From the NCBI GenBank assembly GCA_963814425.1, contig CAWFCP010000017.1, positions 278,398-310,397 on the forward strand: DNA of 32,000 nucleotides, read 5' to 3'. The position numbers and the translations under genes are program-made. How positions within the stretch are numbered: the first letter of the stretch is position 1; each line of letters begins with the position of its first letter. The notes under the pieces are model-generated. The model searched no databases, was not told where the DNA came from, and saw nothing but the letters and a program-made list of their open reading frames with translations. Positions 27,322-32,000 of this stretch are shown piece by piece. The DNA is from an uncultured Methanobacteriaceae archaeon. Its GTDB lineage: Archaea; Methanobacteriota; Methanobacteria; Methanobacteriales; Methanobacteriaceae.

Positions 27322-28029
27322 TCCACCCCCTAATATTGATTTCAGCCTAATTTTAGTTTTAATGTAGCTTATATTATTTTAATATTATATATTTGTGGCG
27401 TTTATCTTATATTTTGTTATAAAATTGTGCTTTTAGACCTATGATATTCTGCTTTAAACTCATTACTCTAATTTTAATATCTTAATAATATCTTATATTA
27501 ATCCTTAAACGAAATAATTTCCCAAACAAAAAAAACCTTCAAATACCTTATTTTTTAAATTTAGCTATAAATATCCAATAATTCTTATAGATTCTTTAAG
27601 CTTCATCTGTTATTTCTAATACTTTCCACTGCTAATATTAAGATAGTCACGATCTTAGTATAATTGCCTTTTAAATAGACAAGTTTATCATTAACATATT
27701 TTTTATAGATACTATCTAACATTAAAACTACACAGCATAGTTATATTTTGAGGATGATTTAAAATAATTAATCAATCCAAAAATTTTTTATATTTAAAAG
27801 TATATTTAAAATAGTCCGATATAAAGCTCGTAGATGAAAAAATGCAAGCTAAATCCGACATACAACACTTCTGTTGTGGTCCTAAAGGTTGGGGAATAGA
27901 AATTTTATACGTGAATGGTTGATGCATGGATTAATAAATATTTTCACATTTCGAATTTACAAAATTAAATTTTAACTTTTATTATTTTTATTTGAATATA
28001 TTTGTGTATCATGGTACGGATGTGACATA

Positions 28030-29574
28030 ATGAAGACCATTGAAGAAATAAATGAAAGGATCAAAGATGGAGATGCAGTTGTTGTGACAGCTGCCGAAAT
28101 GACCCGAATTGTAAGGGAAAATGGAGCAGATAAAGCAGCAGAAGAAATTGATGTGGTTACAACAGGTACTTTTGGTGCAATGTGTTCTTCAGGAGCTTTT
28201 TTAAACTTCGGTCATACAGATCCACCAATAAAAATGACCAAAACCTATCTAAATGGAGTTGAAGCTTATTCTGGACTTGCATCTGTCGACGCTTACATCG
28301 GTGCAACCCAGGCGAGCAGAAACCCAGAAGTAGGAGTAGACTACGGTGGTGCACACGTGATGGAAGATCTTATAATGGGAAGGGATATTGAACTTGTTGC
28401 AGATTCCTATGGCACAGATTGCTATCCATTAACAGAAATTAAAACCCATTTAAATATCGAAGACCTCAACGAAGCCATCATGGTAAATCCGCGTAACTCC
28501 TACCAGAACTATGCTGCTGCGGTTAACACCACAGACGAAACACTTTACACTTACATGGGTACTCTGCTTCCTAACATGGGCAACGTCAGCTTTTCAAGTG
28601 CAGGTGGTTTAAGTCCCCTATTAAACGACCCTTACTTCCAGACAATAGGTTTGGGAACCAAAATATTCCTTTGCGGCGCAGAAGGATATGTTATCGGCGA
28701 GGGTACACAACATAACACTGAAGTCCAGCGAAAAAATGGAGTTCCTGTTGGAGGAGCAGGTACGCTCATGCTTAAGGGTGATATGAAAGAGATGAACCAT
28801 GAATATGTTCGCGGTGCAACTATGCCAAAATACGGTTCAACTCTCTATGTTGGTGCTGGAATTCCAATACCAATATTGAACAGTGATATAGCACAAAGGA
28901 CTGCTATAAGCGACGAGGATATTGTATGCCATGTTATGGATTATGGAGTACCAAGACGCAGCAAGCCATGCTTGTTGGAAACTAATTACAAAGAACTTAG
29001 AAGTGGCAGTATAGAAATAAATGGTGTTGAAATAGAAGCTTCGCCATTATCATCCTACAAAAAAGCCCTGAAAATAGCCGAAGAACTGAAGACATGGATC
29101 GACAAAGGAAACTTCATGCTCACAAAACCTGTTAAGTTACTTGCATCTGAAGGGTGCAGCCCTCGACCACTTGAAATAAAAAGACAAACGTTATTGGTAA
29201 ATGAGATCAAAAGCAAATCGTTGATAATAGCCAGTCCTAACGATGAGATAAGCGATGTTGCCAAGAAACTTGTACAGAACAACGTAAACCATCTGCCTGT
29301 GGTTGATTCGGATCAGAAATTACTTGGAATTGTCACATCATGGGACATAGCCAATGCAGTTGCAATGGGAAAAACCATGTTAAAGGATGTAATGACTAAA
29401 AAAGTTGTAATAGCAAGGGAAGATGAACCTGTAGACGTTATTGCAAGGCGTATTGATAAACATGAAATATCAGGACTTCCCATAATTGATAAGAACAATC
29501 GTGTGAAGGGCATGATAACTGCAGAGGATATTTCAAGGCTTATGTGTGTAAGAAATACTAAGGAAGGTGTATAA
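28030..29574 (+). CDS. COG1900 (DUF39) homocysteine-biosynthesis protein with a C-terminal CBS pair (L-aspartate-semialdehyde sulfurtransferase, MJ0100/MA1821 type)
   Basis: 514-aa ORF. The N-terminus (VVVTAAEM...[23 protein letters not shown]) is typical of COG1900. Two CBS motifs occupy the last ~130 aa (HLPVVD..., GLPIID...). Confidence 0.8.
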   Translation: MKTIEEINERIKDGDAVVVTAAEMTRIVRENGADKAAEEIDVVTTGTFGAMCSSGAFLNFGHTDPPIKMTKTYLNGVEAYSGLASVDAYIGATQASRNPEVGVDYGGAHVMEDLIMGRDIELVADSYGTDCYPLTEIKTHLNIEDLNEAIMVNPRNSYQNYAAAVNTTDETLYTYMGTLLPNMGNVSFSSAGGLSPLLNDPYFQTIGLGTKIFLCGAEGYVIGEGTQHNTEVQRKNGVPVGGAGTLMLKGDMKEMNHEYVRGATMPKYGSTLYVGAGIPIPILNSDIAQRTAISDEDIVCHVMDYGVPRRSKPCLLETNYKELRSGSIEINGVEIEASPLSSYKKALKIAEELKTWIDKGNFMLTKPVKLLASEGCSPRPLEIKRQTLLVNEIKSKSLIIASPNDEISDVAKKLVQNNVNHLPVVDSDQKLLGIVTSWDIANAVAMGKTMLKDVMTKKVVIAREDEPVDVIARRIDKHEISGLPIIDKNNRVKGMITAEDISRLMCVRNTKEGV

Positions 29575-29575
29575 A

Positions 29576-29962
29576 ATGAAGGCATGGCTGAAATTTTCAC
29601 CAAAAATGGTGAATCAAGCTGTGATTACCGACCTGATAAAGAATTTTGATATTAGCTTTAACATACTCAGGGCAGACATCAACCCCAAGGGCGGTAAGAT
29701 GCTTATAGAGATAAGCGGTTCTGAGGCAGAGGAAGGTATCGCCTACATAGAAAAAGCAGGCATAGAAGTAAGTCCTGTAAAAAGGGTGGTGAAAAAGGAC
29801 GAAGAGCTTTGTATCGACTGTGGAGCATGCGTTTCTCTATGTCCTGTAAGGGCAATATCAATTGAAGAAGACTGGACAGTTGATGTCAATGATAAAGAGT
29901 GTATAGGATGCAAACTATGCACGTATTCATGTCCAACAAAGGCAATAAAAGTTGTGGAATAA
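29576..29962 (+). CDS. NIL-domain / 2x[4Fe-4S] ferredoxin partner of the COG1900 protein (MJ0099/MA1822 type)
   Basis: It has an N-terminal NIL-like domain followed by CIDCGACVSLCP and CIGCKLCTYSCP. The ATG at 29576 lies 6 nt after AGGAAGGTG and 1 nt after the upstream stop. The ORF-track start at 29567 is GTG. Confidence 0.8.
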   Translation: MKAWLKFSPKMVNQAVITDLIKNFDISFNILRADINPKGGKMLIEISGSEAEEGIAYIEKAGIEVSPVKRVVKKDEELCIDCGACVSLCPVRAISIEEDWTVDVNDKECIGCKLCTYSCPTKAIKVVE

Positions 29963-30051
29963 TTAACAAATTTTTGAATGCATTTATCTGCATTTCAATT
30001 ATTTTTTTACTCTAAAAGTAATTTAGATAATAATTAATAGAAAATATTGAT

Positions 30052-31197
30052 TTAATTTGTTGACGAGCCTCTCAACTTTGAAATCAGCCTTGACAAAGGA
30101 CTTTTTTGCTCGAATACAGCTTTTTCTGGACACATCTCCATGCAGCACAGGCAATTTATGCAGTCACCATACTCAAACTCTGGTATAGGAGTGTTCTCAA
30201 TTAATGCATTTACTGGACAGGTTTTAACGCATGTTTTACAGTTTGTGCAGATTTCAGGGTCTATTGCCGGCCTAGACCAGAACAGTTTCATAATTCCCCT
30301 TGCAATTGATGGTGGAATCATGTCCAATGAGCTGTAAATATTGGGAGGCCATTTAAAATCGTCCACAATCTGGAAATCTCCAAGAACTTCAATTTTATGC
30401 AGATCCCCTTCTCCAAGTCCCTGTTCAGTGGCAATTCTGTTTATGGGCACTTTCATAGGGTCTTTACCAAGAATATCGCACAGTAAGACATCAACTGCAA
30501 CTCCGTCCCTTGATGCAAGTATCATATCCATTTTTTTAGGATTTCCTGCAGAAGGACCTGCTCCATCCATTCCAATTACTCCATCCACGATATTCAACTG
30601 TGGCTTGGATAATGCGTATATATCTACAACATACTCTGCAAATTTTGAAGGATTGGGAGCCCTTTTATGGTATTCACTTTTTATCAACCCCGGAACAACT
30701 CCATACATGTTTTTAACAGCACATGTGAAGATAGTAAGTCCGTGGGTTTTGATTTTGGGCAGGTTGATTATCATATCAGAGTCCAAAGCTCTTTTTGCAA
30801 TCCTGTAATCCGTACCATTCCTTTTCCTATGATAAGAGCCTGTCTTCTCGAAGTTCACAAGTTCGGCACCAGTTCTTTCAGAAACATCAAAAAATCCTGT
30901 TACATTCCAAAAACTTTCCATACCCCTTGCAGGACCACCAGGACTATCCCCAATCATGGGTGTTGCCCCTGCATCCTTAACCATATTCACCACAGCCTCT
31001 ACAAGTACAGGATGAGTTGTTATGGCATCTTCTGGCGATTTTGCCTGGAGCATATTCGGTTTGATTAGTACCTTGTCCCCCGGAGTTATAATAGACGATA
31101 TCCCGCCTAATGCATTGATACACTGGAAAACTGCCCTTTGAACTTCTTCAAGCTCGTAGGATGAACATTTTGATATAGAAACTTGAGTTTTTTCCAT
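30052..31197 (-). CDS. DUF362-domain protein with a C-terminal 2x[4Fe-4S] ferredoxin domain
   Basis: 381-aa ORF. VLIKPNM, LPKIKTHGLT and GMDGAGPS are DUF362 hallmarks as I recall them. The C-terminus has CTNCKTCVKTCP and CINCLCCMEMCP. Confidence 0.7.
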   Translation of the reverse strand: MEKTQVSISKCSSYELEEVQRAVFQCINALGGISSIITPGDKVLIKPNMLQAKSPEDAITTHPVLVEAVVNMVKDAGATPMIGDSPGGPARGMESFWNVTGFFDVSERTGAELVNFEKTGSYHRKRNGTDYRIAKRALDSDMIINLPKIKTHGLTIFTCAVKNMYGVVPGLIKSEYHKRAPNPSKFAEYVVDIYALSKPQLNIVDGVIGMDGAGPSAGNPKKMDMILASRDGVAVDVLLCDILGKDPMKVPINRIATEQGLGEGDLHKIEVLGDFQIVDDFKWPPNIYSSLDMIPPSIARGIMKLFWSRPAIDPEICTNCKTCVKTCPVNALIENTPIPEFEYGDCINCLCCMEMCPEKAVFEQKSPLSRLISKLRGSSTN

Positions 31198-31274
31198 TTT
31201 ATCATCAGATATCTAAATATTCCTAATTGAATTTAATTTTATATAAATTAAGAAAATATTTTTTTCACGAATTT

Positions 31275-32000
31275 TTATTCTTCAAATTCTTTTAAAATTC
31301 TTTTACGGGCACCGCCAATTGTAAGGGGGTACGGTTTTTTGAAGGGTAATTTATCTTCCTTTTCAAGTATCTCCATTAGATGAGCTATTCTTGGTAGTCT
31401 TAAATTAGCACCTCTGATGGTTTTAACGTCATCAAAAACTTCAGGGGCTGTTCCTTCCTTTATTATTTTTCCTTGGCTGATAATATAAACTTTTGAGGCG
31501 TAGAGTGGCACCAGATCAACGTCGTGGGTTGATATTACTATGGTCATTCCTTCAGTATTTAACTGATATAGAAGTCTGAGTATTTGTGATGCTCCCTTTG
31601 GATCCAGGCCACTGGTTGGCTCGTCCAGTACCATTATTTTAGGTTTCATTGCAAGTATCCCTGCAATTGCAACACGTTTTTTCTGACCCCCACTTAGATG
31701 GTGAGGGGGTTTTTTCTCAAATCCCTCCATTCCAACTCGGAAAAGAGCCTCTTTTACCCGTGACTCTACCTCTTCCTCTGGCAAGCCGATGTTCATGGGT
31801 CCGAATGCCACGTCTTCCAGCACAGTAGGTGCAAATAGCTGGTCATCAGGATTTTGGAACACTATTCCAACCTTCTGTCGTATCCTCATCAGATCCTTTT
31901 TATCGTAGTTAACATTTTCACCGTCTATAACGACCAAACCCGATGATGGTCTGAGTATTCCATTGAAATGAAGGAAAAGGGTTGATTTACCAGCCCCGTT
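31275..32000 (-). CDS. cbiO: ECF/cobalt-type ABC transporter ATP-binding subunit (5' end runs off the window)
   Basis: It has the Q-loop FQNPDDQLF, the signature [13 protein letters not shown], Walker [13 protein letters not shown], and a CbiO-like tail [10 protein letters not shown]. The frame stays open to position 32000, where Walker A (NGAGKSTL) is readable, so the gene is truncated by the window edge. Confidence 0.8.
   Translation of the reverse strand, partial: NGAGKSTLFLHFNGILRPSSGLVVIDGENVNYDKKDLMRIRQKVGIVFQNPDDQLFAPTVLEDVAFGPMNIGLPEEEVESRVKEALFRVGMEGFEKKPPHHLSGGQKKRVAIAGILAMKPKIMVLDEPTSGLDPKGASQILRLLYQLNTEGMTIVISTHDVDLVPLYASKVYIISQGKIIKEGTAPEVFDDVKTIRGANLRLPRIAHLMEILEKEDKLPFKKPYPLTIGGARKRILKEFEE

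Noticed and set aside
27834-27899. A 21-codon ORF (MKKCKLNPTYNTSVVVLKVGE) as a possible leader peptide for the homocysteine operon.
   Set aside because: It has no RBS and no enrichment for Met or Cys codons that would suggest attenuation logic. It overlaps the hairpin by chance as far as I can tell. It is not supportable from sequence alone.
26389-28029. A replication origin (oriC) in the long AT-rich spacers.
   Set aside because: There is no cdc6/orc1 gene nearby. I could not find repeated ORB or mini-ORB-like elements, only two loose TTG(A/T)AGAAA-like words.
1-32000. A mobile element, genomic island or defence system.
   Set aside because: I could not recognize any integrase, transposase, terminal inverted repeats, flanking tRNA, restriction-modification, toxin-antitoxin or cas-like genes. 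Composition is uniform across coding regions, and the gene content is core metabolism.

Overview
This is a gene-dense, AT-rich archaeal chromosome segment. It is almost certainly from a pseudomurein-type methanogen (Methanobacteriales-like). It carries cofactor and core-metabolism genes:
- methanofuran: mfnD/mfnF
- methanopterin: beta-RFAP synthase
- coenzyme B: homoaconitase small subunit
- archaeal lipids: carS and an MJ0619/Tes-type radical SAM gene
- FAD (ribL), histidine (hisA) and thiamine (ThiN)
- homocysteine: COG1900-CBS plus NIL-ferredoxin

It also carries a MurT-like Mur ligase, a MOP flippase, a UDP-GlcNAc 2-epimerase, and housekeeping genes (truA, NOG1 GTPase, Hsp20, TldD, AMMECR1, M24 peptidase, an ECF/CbiO ATPase).

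I count 29 protein-coding loci. I could not find any rRNA, tRNA, CRISPR array, transposase, integrase or phage gene. This looks like core genome, and I found no convincing new multi-gene system such as a defence island.

The points most worth a second look are:
1. Three conserved genes (the Tes-type radical SAM gene, an EamA transporter, and a ThiN-HIT fusion) are each split by a frame change of the same sign. At least two of the breaks coincide with homopolymer runs, so sequencing error must be excluded before calling them pseudogenes.
2. The ThiN-HIT fusion is a possible Rosetta-stone clue to the ADP-thiazole processing step of archaeal thiamine synthesis.
3. A PEP-utilizing enzyme lacks its nucleotide-binding domain and is divergently paired with a MurT-like ligase that has no GatD partner.
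4. An uncharacterized protein combines a RuvC-like domain with a long coiled coil (DUF460).
5. Two unusually long AT-rich spacers flank an orphan receiver gene, upstream of the homocysteine operon.

All family assignments come from motif recognition by eye and from memory. No searches were run.
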